IMG/VR virus record: IMGVR_UViG_3300021142_000012
Span: 32,001 to 96,000 of that record
DNA from: a virus
Length of the DNA stretch: 64,000 bases
Direction: 5' to 3' (one strand)
Position 1 is the first letter of the stretch, and each line of letters opens with the position of its first letter. This document shows, one piece after another, positions 1 through 8,693 of this stretch. The notes below the pieces were generated by a model. It saw nothing but the letters and a program-made list of their open reading frames with translations. It was not told the origin of the DNA and ran no database searches. Made by a program: the position numbers and the translations under genes.

Positions 1-2
1 CC

Positions 3-536
3 AAACAAGATATGGCAGCTACTTTAAAAATTTCAGTTAGCGAATTAAAATTAAGAGAATACAAATTCAAACCTTATTATACTACTAGACTAGTTAATAA
101 TAATATTATGAAGAATGGTAATCAAGCATTGTTCTTTGAACCGATTAGTGCTACTTCGATTAATCAGTATGTTAGTACCTGTCATATTTTGTTTGATTAT
201 ATTATGGAAAATATATCTGAAGAACAGGCTAATGCACAATTTATTCACGAATCGAATGTAACTGAGGATATCATAAATTATTATTATCACGGTGGTACTA
301 ATTTTGACAGCACATTTTGGCAAGCAGCCAAAAAAAATGCCATCAATAATCTTAAAGATAACCAACGTTTTAAAACAATCTTAGACCAAAATCAAATGGC
401 AAATGACATCGGACTTCCATATAATGGCCCCGCCCATTTGTTCACTGCTTATAGTCTACAGATTATTGATGAAGGATTTGGCTATAATTACTTCAAAGGT
501 TCTCCAAGACCGTTTGACAATGTAGACAAATCATAG
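3..536 (+). CDS. C-terminal part of a divergent tryptophan-halogenase-like flavoprotein (probably 5'-truncated by the window edge)
   Basis: Frame is open to the window start. GNQALFFEPISATS resembles the halogenase GFIEPLESTG motif, followed by a YYHGGTNFDSTFW segment like the halogenase C-terminal HY...FW region. Confidence 0.55.
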   Translation, partial: KQDMAATLKISVSELKLREYKFKPYYTTRLVNNNIMKNGNQALFFEPISATSINQYVSTCHILFDYIMENISEEQANAQFIHESNVTEDIINYYYHGGTNFDSTFWQAAKKNAINNLKDNQRFKTILDQNQMANDIGLPYNGPAHLFTAYSLQIIDEGFGYNYFKGSPRPFDNVDKS

Positions 537-542
537 TATAAT
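514..542 (+). promoter_or_regulatory. Consensus sigma70-type promoter
   Basis: TTGACA (514-519), 17-bp spacer, TATAAT (537-542), upstream of the ORF at 571. Confidence 0.85.
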
Positions 543-570
543 CATATATAACCAAACATTAAGGTAAAGC

Positions 571-1098
571 ATGAAACGTAATTATAAAACAGGAGTATCA
601 GAACAAGTTACTTTGTTTACAGGTATAGAAATTGAACGTACCCCTGCATATGGTATGAAAACATTATTTGTAGTAGGAGTACAGGATGGCGATGTATTAG
701 GGCATATAGCTAAAATACAAAATTGTACTCACGTATATTTCGGTGCTAATCAGAGTTTTCCAAAGCTAAAAACTAATGATGCAGCCGGTTGGAAACCTTG
801 GGAAGATATGATTCAAAGCTGTTTGGATGCAGGATTATGGTGCACCTTAGATTTTGATGTTGCCCAAGCTGAAGGATTGCTTGAAAGTGGTTTAACCGAA
901 TGTCGTAGATTTATTCCACAAGTTAGTGTAAAATTACCTTATCTAGCACAGTTAGGTTATAATGCTACAATTAAAATCGACGATAAAGATTTTGAAGCAA
1001 GTAATCCAGGTGTATGGTGTGTACCGATTGGTGCCATTACACAACGCAAGTACTTTACCAATTGGGATGAATATGGCAAGGATGAAATCATAGCATGA
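571..1098 (+). CDS. Hypothetical phage protein heading the deazaguanine-related operon
   Basis: 175-aa ORF with an AAGG RBS, directly after the promoter. Contains HVYFGANQSF; no recognisable family. Confidence 0.7.
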   Translation: MKRNYKTGVSEQVTLFTGIEIERTPAYGMKTLFVVGVQDGDVLGHIAKIQNCTHVYFGANQSFPKLKTNDAAGWKPWEDMIQSCLDAGLWCTLDFDVAQAEGLLESGLTECRRFIPQVSVKLPYLAQLGYNATIKIDDKDFEASNPGVWCVPIGAITQRKYFTNWDEYGKDEIIA

Positions 1099-1688
1099 AC
1101 AACCAAATTAAACAACAAATAGAAAATCTAATATGCAAGCCCTTAATAGGCATGCCAGTTCCTACTAATCAAGGCGGTCACGCCGGAAGAGAAGTTGAAA
1201 CGATTCTAGAAAATATGGGTGTTCCGATTAAAAAAGGATCAGGTGCAGATATTACAATACAGGTAACGTTGCTCGGTATAAAATATTTTATCGAAGTAAA
1301 GACACGAGATAAAGACGCAACAAGCCCACATACAGTCGGAACTATACATACAGATAATTTGTCAGTATGCTATGAAGATTCAAATATATGGGAAAAATTG
1401 CAATATCAAATTAGAATTACTACAGAAAATGGTATAATAATTAAATCTGAATTATATGATTTTACTAGAAAACATATACAAGATAAATTTAAAGAAGCAT
1501 ATGATTATGGTATAAAGTATATTATTGCTAACGAATTTTGTTCATCTACACCAATAGATGGGCATTGGGCATATTTTGAAAGAAAGGCTGCCGAATCAAA
1601 TAGTTTTCAATACCGGTTAAGCAAAAATGATATGCCTGCAATAGAAAGAATGGCCAAGACAGTTGACAATTTATTTGAAGAACTTTAA
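1095..1688 (+). CDS. PD-(D/E)XK-family endonuclease-like protein
   Basis: GREVE...GADI...IEVKTR matches the E...(P)D...ExK catalytic pattern of restriction-endonuclease-fold nucleases. Confidence 0.6.
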   Translation: MNNQIKQQIENLICKPLIGMPVPTNQGGHAGREVETILENMGVPIKKGSGADITIQVTLLGIKYFIEVKTRDKDATSPHTVGTIHTDNLSVCYEDSNIWEKLQYQIRITTENGIIIKSELYDFTRKHIQDKFKEAYDYGIKYIIANEFCSSTPIDGHWAYFERKAAESNSFQYRLSKNDMPAIERMAKTVDNLFEEL

Positions 1689-1689
1689 C

Positions 1690-2079
1690 ATGATAATTCG
1701 ACAAGATATTAGACCAAACAAAATGATCTGGGTTACCTTTCGTAAAGAAGGTATTCATCGTTATCCGGCTGCCGCTACAGATCCTAACTTGTGTACCGCA
1801 GGAGAATATGATGTTAGTTTCCTAGCTAATGCACATAGACATATATTCCATTTTAAAGTTTGGATTGGTGTAGAACATAACGATCGCGATATTGAATTTA
1901 TTCAATTTAAACGCTGGTGTGAAAGTTTGTACAATCAAGATATTTTACAGCTTGATTTTCAAAGTTGCGAAATGATGAGTGATGCATTGTATGCTCAGAT
2001 TGAAGCAAGGTACCCGGGCCGTGAGGTTTGGATTGAGGTCTCCGAAGATGGAGAAAATGGTAGTTTCATCAAATATTAA
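1690..2079 (+). CDS. QueD/PTPS-like T-fold protein with LxxxHRHxF motif (DpdL-like, putative CDG decarboxylase)
   Basis: LANAHRHIF replaces the QueD CxxxHGH motif. SCEM and VSEDGEN are T-fold signatures. Lies in a folE/queE neighbourhood. Confidence 0.7.
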   Translation: MIIRQDIRPNKMIWVTFRKEGIHRYPAAATDPNLCTAGEYDVSFLANAHRHIFHFKVWIGVEHNDRDIEFIQFKRWCESLYNQDILQLDFQSCEMMSDALYAQIEARYPGREVWIEVSEDGENGSFIKY

Positions 2080-2089
2080 AGGTAAGACA

Positions 2090-2356
2090 ATGGCTCTGAA
2101 AAATTATAAAGAGTATAAGTATTTTGAAAATCGTCCTGATGTAGTAAAGATTTTTGAAGATCTTGAAAAGTTCCAAGATTTTTGTCGGTTGGAAATGGCT
2201 CCATTCGATGAAAGTCACTTGTACAACAGAGAAAGCTGGGCATGGAGAAACTATGAAAAGAGTCTTCGTCCTAAAAAGCCTTGGGATGGTCAAAAGAAGC
2301 AATGGACAGGTGAACGTAAACCTTACCAAGGAAAGAACTCAAGATATCAACAATGA
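2090..2356 (+). CDS. Hypothetical protein
   Basis: ATG after AAGG RBS (MALKNYKEY...); its stop overlaps the next start. Confidence 0.65.
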   Translation: MALKNYKEYKYFENRPDVVKIFEDLEKFQDFCRLEMAPFDESHLYNRESWAWRNYEKSLRPKKPWDGQKKQWTGERKPYQGKNSRYQQ

Positions 2357-3447
2357 CAGTCTATATAGTTGATCTAGAAGCAGTAGAAACGAGGTACACG
2401 GGTCAGTGGAAGACTCATGTGCCTCACCTCTTACGAAAGGCAGGACACGATGTTCAAATTATCTCTGGGCCTGAGGATATTCCTAAAGCCACTACTCCTG
2501 GTGCTTTTCTTAATTTTGGTGGCACCAATATATACAAGGCTAGTCAAGTTGAAAAGATTAGTCGCTTATTTTGCGCCGGATCAATTAATCCTGGTGATCA
2601 CTTCTTGTTTACTGATGCTTGGCATCCTGGTATCATAAATTTAAAGTATATGAGTGAACTGTTACAGATTCCTGTAACAACACATGGCTTGTGGCATGCT
2701 GGATCATATGATCCTCAAGATTTCTTAGGAAGATTAATTGGCAATGCTAAATGGGTGCGACGAGCAGAACAAAGTTTTTATCACGCTTATGATCATAACT
2801 ATTTTGCTACAGAATTCCATGTGAAATTATTCTTTGACGAATTATTACACAATGGGTTGGCTAGTGAAAATCCGTGGTACGAAGAAGATTGGGCAGAACG
2901 CTATAAAGGTGGAAAGATTGTGCGCACTGGTTGGCCAATGGAATATATGGAAGATGCCTTGCTAATGTATAAAGGTATGGAAAAGCGTGATCTTATTCTT
3001 TTTCCACACAGAATCGCTCCAGAAAAGCAAGTTGAAATTTTTAGAGACTTAGCAGAACATTTACCACAATATGAATTTGTAGTGTGCCAAGATAAGCAAT
3101 TAAGTAAAAACGAATATCATAATTTGTTAGGTGAAGCGAAAATGGTATTCAGTGCCAACTTACAAGAAACGCTAGGTATTAGTTGGTATGAAGGATGCAT
3201 TGTGGGTGCTATTCCCATGGTTCCTGATAGATTGAGCTATAGTGAAATGGCATTAGATGATTTCAAATATCCTAGCGAATGGACTGAAAACTATGCAAGC
3301 TATGAAAGACACCGTGAAGAAATTATCGCTAAGATTAAAAGTCAGATGGATTCGTATCAGAGATTGGTACCGACAATTTACAAACAAACCGAAATCCTAC
3401 GCGACAATTTCTTTTCCGCAGACGTGTTACTCGACCATATCAAGTAA
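2353..3447 (+). CDS. GT-B fold glycosyltransferase (GT4-like)
   Basis: 364 aa. C-terminal FPHRIAPEKQ and SANLQETLGISWYEG...PMVPDRLSYSE match the GT-B ExFG-x-x-x-x-E donor-binding region. Confidence 0.8.
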   Translation: MTVYIVDLEAVETRYTGQWKTHVPHLLRKAGHDVQIISGPEDIPKATTPGAFLNFGGTNIYKASQVEKISRLFCAGSINPGDHFLFTDAWHPGIINLKYMSELLQIPVTTHGLWHAGSYDPQDFLGRLIGNAKWVRRAEQSFYHAYDHNYFATEFHVKLFFDELLHNGLASENPWYEEDWAERYKGGKIVRTGWPMEYMEDALLMYKGMEKRDLILFPHRIAPEKQVEIFRDLAEHLPQYEFVVCQDKQLSKNEYHNLLGEAKMVFSANLQETLGISWYEGCIVGAIPMVPDRLSYSEMALDDFKYPSEWTENYASYERHREEIIAKIKSQMDSYQRLVPTIYKQTEILRDNFFSADVLLDHIK

Positions 3448-3829
3448 CGATACTATTACATTGACATCAACATCTACACAAGGACTTACAATAGGCGGTG
3501 GGTATACATCATATACTATCGGTAGTGGCATTGCAAGTCTTTCTGCTAGTAGTCCTAGTACTATTACTGTGACTGGTTTTGGTGGTGCAGGTACTACTAA
3601 TCCCTGCGTTGTCAATATCGGTGCTGGTTACAATCCGTGCTGGAATACTTCTACAGGATTTGGTGGTACAACAATATGGGGCGAAGATTTTATAGATCGT
3701 GTACCCGATATTAACCGAATCAACGACATGTGCAAGCAATATCCAGCATTAGATATTGCTTGGACCAAATTTAAAACAACTTATAGACTTGTAAAAGACG
3801 ATTATGATGCTTCAAAAACTTCTAACTAA
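3293..3829 (+). CDS. Hypothetical protein with a Ser/Thr/Gly-rich N-terminal part; start uncertain
   Basis: Fills the gap between the GT and the cupin. C-terminus is globular-looking (MCKQYPALDIAWTKFKTTYRLV). The available ATGs lie inside the GT gene. Confidence 0.55.
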   Translation: MQAMKDTVKKLSLRLKVRWIRIRDWYRQFTNKPKSYATISFPQTCYSTISSNDTITLTSTSTQGLTIGGGYTSYTIGSGIASLSASSPSTITVTGFGGAGTTNPCVVNIGAGYNPCWNTSTGFGGTTIWGEDFIDRVPDINRINDMCKQYPALDIAWTKFKTTYRLVKDDYDASKTSN

Positions 3830-4283
3830 ATTTTTAAATTTCCTTGATCAACACGGCCGTAAACGAATAATTATGGATCGTATTGATAATGAGCCATATC
3901 TTGAAAGATATTATGTATTGTTTAATACTAGACAACACAAAGGTTTTAACGTATACCTGCATAAATTCCTTAAAGGTGATCCAGATGATGTTCATGATCA
4001 TCCATGGCCATATGCTACCTTTATTTTGAGCGGTGGATACTATGAGTGGATTCCGCAATTTAATTCAGATGGCACAAAGAGCTGTGAGATTCGAAAGTGG
4101 CGTGGGCCCGGGCATTTCCGTATTTGTCGCCCAGATAGTTATCACAGAGTAGAACTGAAGCCGGGTGTAACTGCATGGACATTGTTTATGCCGGGGCCGC
4201 ATCGTAGACAATGGGGATTTCTTGTCAACAATAAATGGATACACAATGACGACTATCTTACAAGCCGTAAACAAAATGGCTAG
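3804..4283 (+). CDS. Cupin-fold metal-binding protein
   Basis: HDHPW...ILSGGYYE...HRVEL is the two-motif cupin His/His/Glu/His pattern. Confidence 0.75.
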   Translation: MMLQKLLTKFLNFLDQHGRKRIIMDRIDNEPYLERYYVLFNTRQHKGFNVYLHKFLKGDPDDVHDHPWPYATFILSGGYYEWIPQFNSDGTKSCEIRKWRGPGHFRICRPDSYHRVELKPGVTAWTLFMPGPHRRQWGFLVNNKWIHNDDYLTSRKQNG

Positions 4284-4620
4284 CAGTATAACGGTTCCAA
4301 ATGGCGGAACTACCAGCCAAATATTATATTCTACAGGTACATCAACAAATTGGTCACCTGCTCAAAATTACGAGCAAGTAATGACTGTTAATGCCGGCGA
4401 AAGCAATCCTACATTAACTGTTAAAGGTAATATGGTCATTAACGGTATTGATTTAGAAGAACGGCTAAAAACAATTGAAAAACTCTTGGCAATTCCAGAA
4501 AGAGATGCTAAAATAGAAGCTAAACATCCAAGACTTAAGAAATTATATGATGAATATATTTCAGCACTAGAGCAATATAGGACTTGGGACAAACTAAAAG
4601 GTGATGAAGATGTTACATGA
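4276..4620 (+). CDS. Hypothetical protein
   Basis: ORF overlapping both neighbours, with a helical C-terminus. Confidence 0.65.
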   Translation: MASSITVPNGGTTSQILYSTGTSTNWSPAQNYEQVMTVNAGESNPTLTVKGNMVINGIDLEERLKTIEKLLAIPERDAKIEAKHPRLKKLYDEYISALEQYRTWDKLKGDEDVT

Positions 4621-4834
4621 ATCAGTTAAACAAAAAGAATTTGTAGTTAAAGAACGTGAAGATTATAGACTACGTGTTACACGGCACGAAGTTCTTGCAC
4701 CAAAAGGTTTGCACAGTATTGATTTTATTCAAGAAAGTTTAAAAGACGGCAAAGTTATAGCATCACAAACTTATAACTTTTTCATGACTAAGGAAGATAT
4801 TAAAATACTATGCGAAGGACTATTAAATGACTGA
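4610..4834 (+). CDS. Hypothetical protein
   Basis: Short ORF packed into the operon. Confidence 0.6.
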   Translation: MLHESVKQKEFVVKEREDYRLRVTRHEVLAPKGLHSIDFIQESLKDGKVIASQTYNFFMTKEDIKILCEGLLND

Positions 4835-5045
4835 TCGATTAGAAGAATTATATCAAGAGATGTTAAATGTAACATCGCATATGGTTGAAGAATATGGTGG
4901 TATGGAAGTTGCTGCTATTATGATGGCGCAGGCCCTTAGCATTTATAAAACTGGTTTAGATGAAATCGACTATAACAAAATGGTCGATAGTATTTCTGCT
5001 AGTCGTTCTAAGGTTCAAAAATTTACTCCAACTTTTTTACAATGA
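4827..5045 (+). CDS. Hypothetical protein
   Basis: 72-aa ORF with an AGGA RBS, overlapping its neighbours. Confidence 0.6.
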   Translation: MTDRLEELYQEMLNVTSHMVEEYGGMEVAAIMMAQALSIYKTGLDEIDYNKMVDSISASRSKVQKFTPTFLQ

Positions 5046-5590
5046 AAAAACGTACTATTAGTAATGACGAATATAGAGGACTAGTTCAAAATATTTGTCG
5101 AGAAATCGAATTAAGCAAGTGGCGTCCAGATTATATTGTGGGTATTACTCGAGGTGGACTGGTTCCTGCTGTTATGATTAGTCAATATTTTGATATACCC
5201 ATGTGGACCTTACGAGTTAATCTGCGTGATCATGCAGAAACAGAATCAAACTCTTGGATGGCTGAAGATGCTTTCGGCTATATACCAGAGGACTGGCGTG
5301 AAGGTATTGATAAACGTGACGATCCTACATTTAGCAAAAAAATACTTGTAGTTGATGATATCAATGATACAGGTGCTACTATTAATTGGATTACAGAAGA
5401 TTGGCAATCCAACTGCTTGCCTAAGGAAGAACGTTGGAATCATGTATGGAATCAGAATGTTCGATTTGCAGTAGTCATCGATAATGTAGCTAGCAAGTGT
5501 AATGTTAAGATGGATTTTTGTGGCGAAGAAATTAACAAAGAAGAAGATCCAGTATGGATTGACTTCCCGTATGAAGGATGGTGGAAATGA
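5042..5590 (+). CDS. Type I purine phosphoribosyltransferase (Gpt/Hpt-like)
   Basis: IVGITRGGLVPA, the PRPP-binding loop ILVVDDINDTGAT, and C-terminal WIDFPYE. Confidence 0.85.
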   Translation: MKKRTISNDEYRGLVQNICREIELSKWRPDYIVGITRGGLVPAVMISQYFDIPMWTLRVNLRDHAETESNSWMAEDAFGYIPEDWREGIDKRDDPTFSKKILVVDDINDTGATINWITEDWQSNCLPKEERWNHVWNQNVRFAVVIDNVASKCNVKMDFCGEEINKEEDPVWIDFPYEGWWK

Positions 5591-5799
5591 CCTCAGCATT
5601 ATTAAAACTTATTTTAGGCGTTACATTAATTGTAATCGCTATAACACTAGGACCGCTAGCAGGTATTTGGAGTCTAAATACACTGTTTCCAATATTGGAT
5701 ATACCATATACTTTAGAAACATGGTGTGCGTACTTCTTGTTATTCGGTAGTATTACAGGACTTCGATTTGGATTGAATAGGAAAAAGAGCAATGACTGA
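5587..5799 (+). CDS. Small membrane protein
   Basis: Two hydrophobic segments followed by a basic tail. Confidence 0.6.
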   Translation: MTSALLKLILGVTLIVIAITLGPLAGIWSLNTLFPILDIPYTLETWCAYFLLFGSITGLRFGLNRKKSND

Positions 5800-5962
5800 A
5801 CTAACTCCTCAAGCTCTTGAAGAAAAGATTAAAAAAGTCGAAGACGATTTAAAGCTATTACGTACTACAGGTGATGCTAGTCGTAAAACTGAAGTTCTTA
5901 ACGAATATATTGAATATCTTAAAGACGAGTTAAGAGACCTACAGAGTGCTCGCCGCCCATAA
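5792..5962 (+). CDS. Small coiled-coil hypothetical protein (56 aa; not in the ORF track)
   Basis: Manual translation MTELTPQALEEKIKKVEDDL...ELRDLQSARRP*; fills the gap. Confidence 0.6.
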   Translation: MTELTPQALEEKIKKVEDDLKLLRTTGDASRKTEVLNEYIEYLKDELRDLQSARRP

Positions 5963-6515
5963 TTTAAACTCTCTTAGTCCGTTTATTCGCGGATATTACA
6001 TAGATCCGGAGATATGCGATCGCATTGTAGCTGAATCCAATCTGCGTAAGAAAGATTTTATGCAGGGTCAACTAATCAATAATGCTGTAGAATTTACAGG
6101 TGGACGATTAGACGATTATACCCCTGCTGTCCGAGATCCATATGTCGAAGCACTGTTTGAGGTAATCGAAGAGTACAAGAAAGAGTTTAAATTTTCTTAT
6201 GAAATTATAGATATGTGGGGCTTACCTCCCGGAATGAAAGTACAATACTATACTCCAGGGCAAGCATTTAGAATATGGCATTGCGAAAGTAGTGGGGATC
6301 CTGTTTCCACATCAAGACATTTAGTCTATATGACATATCTAAATACGATTGAAGACGAAGGTGGTACTGAATTTTATCATCAACAGATAAAGGTTAAACC
6401 AGAAAAAGGATTGACCCTAATTTGGCCTGTTGATTGGACTCATACACACCGAGGAGTTCCTTCGGCTACAGAAGAAAAATATATTATTACAGGATGGTGG
6501 ACGTTTCAACGATGA
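5946..6515 (+). CDS. 2OG-Fe(II) oxygenase (prolyl-hydroxylase-like), copy 1
   Basis: WHCE...YMTYLN...GGTEF...LIWP...HTHRG...KYIITGW. Confidence 0.85.
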   Translation: MLAAHNLNSLSPFIRGYYIDPEICDRIVAESNLRKKDFMQGQLINNAVEFTGGRLDDYTPAVRDPYVEALFEVIEEYKKEFKFSYEIIDMWGLPPGMKVQYYTPGQAFRIWHCESSGDPVSTSRHLVYMTYLNTIEDEGGTEFYHQQIKVKPEKGLTLIWPVDWTHTHRGVPSATEEKYIITGWWTFQR

Positions 6516-7075
6516 AAGAACATGTTATAAACAAAACTAACGATTTTATTCGTGGATATTACATAGATCCAGAGATATGCGATCGTATAGTATCTGAATC
6601 TAAAATACACAACTTTAGAAGTGGTGTAATGCAGTATACTGATATTAATCTAGAAGAGTTTAGTAAGGAAACTTGTGATTCATATACAAACGCCCTGTTT
6701 GAAGTTATTGAAGAATATAAAAAAGAGTTCCGGTGGAGTTATGAAAAGGTAGTCATGTGGGGATTGCCTCAAGGTATCAAAGTACAACACTATGCTCCAG
6801 GCAAATGGTACGATCAATGGCATTGCGAACGTGCAGGTGATGTACCATCACTATTTCGTCATCTAGTATACATGACATACTTAAACGATGTCGAAGATGG
6901 CGGTGGTACTGAATTCTATCATCAAAAGATTATAACTAAGGCAGAAAAAGGATTGACCCTAATTTGGCCGGTTGACTGGACTCATATGCACAGAGGCGTA
7001 GTTGCACCAACTGAAGAAAAAATGATTATTACCGGATGGTGGATGTTTAAAGGACCAGAAGATGAGATTAAGTAA
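6512..7075 (+). CDS. 2OG-Fe(II) oxygenase (prolyl-hydroxylase-like), copy 2
   Basis: Same motifs as copy 1. ATGA overlap at 6512-6515. Confidence 0.85.
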   Translation: MKEHVINKTNDFIRGYYIDPEICDRIVSESKIHNFRSGVMQYTDINLEEFSKETCDSYTNALFEVIEEYKKEFRWSYEKVVMWGLPQGIKVQHYAPGKWYDQWHCERAGDVPSLFRHLVYMTYLNDVEDGGGTEFYHQKIITKAEKGLTLIWPVDWTHMHRGVVAPTEEKMIITGWWMFKGPEDEIK

Positions 7076-7319
7076 AAAACATCAAAATTGGGATAGTCGC
7101 ATACCTGCTCGAGATGAGGGATATGTTCATGTAGTTAGATTACCCTGGACTGGTCAATCTAGCTATTGGTGGAATGAAGCATGTGCCGATATTATGGAAG
7201 TATTTGGATTGCCCGGTGACCGATTTACCAGCCATCCTACAGCAGATTACATGGATTTTTATTTTAAATCAGAAAAGGACGCAACATTATGCAAAATACT
7301 AGTATCAGAGAAAAATTAG
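7062..7319 (+). CDS. Hypothetical protein
   Basis: 85-aa ORF with an AGGA RBS. Confidence 0.6.
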   Translation: MRLSKKHQNWDSRIPARDEGYVHVVRLPWTGQSSYWWNEACADIMEVFGLPGDRFTSHPTADYMDFYFKSEKDATLCKILVSEKN

Positions 7320-7489
7320 AAACCTTTGTTGTTGCTATCATAGGCATCATTGGATTCGGTTTTGCCCTTTATTGGAATTATACCCATCCTCATGTTACTG
7401 TTAAGTATGATTGCTCAATAGCTGAAATTAGCCCAGACTATCCTGTACAAGTTAAAGAAGGTTGTCGTAAGCTAAATGCCAGAAAATGA
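7289..7489 (+). CDS. Small membrane-anchored protein with a Cys pair
   Basis: One transmembrane helix, then YDCSIAEISPDYP...CRK. Confidence 0.6.
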   Translation: MQNTSIREKLETFVVAIIGIIGFGFALYWNYTHPHVTVKYDCSIAEISPDYPVQVKEGCRKLNARK

Positions 7490-7599
7490 AAAGCGATACC
7501 AGAGTACTTGTAATCATGTGGATTAGTTTGGCTATACTAGGCGGTGCATTGGGCTTAATAATCTACGGAATACAATCATTATTGTTGACAGCGACCTAA
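7486..7599 (+). CDS. Very small membrane protein (37 aa; not in the ORF track)
   Basis: Manual translation MKSDTRVLVIMWISLAILGGALGLIIYGIQSLLLTAT*; ATGA overlap with the previous gene. Confidence 0.5.
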   Translation: MKSDTRVLVIMWISLAILGGALGLIIYGIQSLLLTAT

Positions 7600-7614
7600 A
7601 TAAACCTATATAAT
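7585..7614 (+). promoter_or_regulatory. Sigma70-type promoter for the folE-queE transcript
   Basis: TTGACA (7585-7590), 18-bp spacer, TATAAT (7609-7614). Confidence 0.7.
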
Positions 7615-7653
7615 AACATATAGACATCCACGTCTATAACTCGGAGAACAGAT

Positions 7654-8466
7654 TTGACAACATTTACAACAGAAGACTTAAAAGCAGTATTAGAAAATAA
7701 TCCTGATCTAGTTAAAGAAGCACCATATCATCCAGGATACGAGGATGCTGCCATGAACATGGGCGATAAAGGATATGAAGAAGCAAATCTTGCTGATGCT
7801 ATCCGTTTCAATATGAAGCGTGATAAGAAACGCTTTTGGGCCGGAGACAATATTAGTGAATATGTAGTTGGGCATAGAGATGAACTAATTGCTAATGCAA
7901 CTAAAGCCTTTGAAGGAGTGTTAGACGCACTCTTGATTGATAGAGAAACAGATCCAAACTCACAAGGCACAGCACGACGCTTGGCCAAGATGTATTTTAA
8001 CGAAATTATGGGAGGTCGATATGATCCAGCACCAGATTGCACAGCTTTTCCAAATGATAGCCAAGATAGATATGAAGGTATGCTTGTTGTTCGTAGCGAG
8101 TTGCGTTCTATGTGTAGCCATCACCATCAACCTGTTAGTGGTGTTGCATACATCGGAATTATTGCAGCCAATAAACTTATTGGCTTGTCTAAATATACTA
8201 GGATTGCTCAGTGGTGTGCTCGTCGTGGCACTCTTCAAGAAGAACTCTGTAACGACATCGCCCGAGAAATAATGCGGGCAACTGATTCAGAGCATGTGGG
8301 CGTGTATATTCAGGCCACGCATGGTTGCTGTGAAAATCGTGGCATCATGGCGCATTCGAGTCTGACACAGACCACTGTGCTCAAAGGTGCATTCAACACA
8401 GACCCAGGAACCAAGAAAGAGTTCATGGACAATATCAAACTTCAACAGGACTTTGCCCCAAGATGA
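7654..8466 (+). CDS. folE: GTP cyclohydrolase I
   Basis: SMCSHHHQP, GLSKYTRI, LQEEL and HGCCENRG motifs. TTG start with a GGAG RBS. Confidence 0.95.
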   Translation: MTTFTTEDLKAVLENNPDLVKEAPYHPGYEDAAMNMGDKGYEEANLADAIRFNMKRDKKRFWAGDNISEYVVGHRDELIANATKAFEGVLDALLIDRETDPNSQGTARRLAKMYFNEIMGGRYDPAPDCTAFPNDSQDRYEGMLVVRSELRSMCSHHHQPVSGVAYIGIIAANKLIGLSKYTRIAQWCARRGTLQEELCNDIAREIMRATDSEHVGVYIQATHGCCENRGIMAHSSLTQTTVLKGAFNTDPGTKKEFMDNIKLQQDFAPR

Positions 8467-8693
8467 TGAACGCAAAAGAACTAGCAGATCAACTAATTAA
8501 TCGAGCTAAAAATATGCAAGAATTTATAGTATTTCGTGATATGGAAAATATTGTCTTTGATGGCCGTCCATTTCCATATACTATCAATCACTCAATGGGA
8601 ATGCCCGCAGAAATACTTGTACCGGCATTGACTCAAGAAGAAGCAGAACAACAGGTCAACAATTGGTTAGACGGACAGAGAGACTCGGCATGA
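8463..8693 (+). CDS. Hypothetical protein
   Basis: ORF coupled to folE by overlap. Confidence 0.6.
   Translation: MMNAKELADQLINRAKNMQEFIVFRDMENIVFDGRPFPYTINHSMGMPAEILVPALTQEEAEQQVNNWLDGQRDSA

Noticed and set aside
571-1098. Possibility that this ORF is the missing DpdA/TGT transglycosylase
   Set aside because: At 175 aa it is too short, and I see no DSGG-type TGT motif; left as an unknown cluster member.
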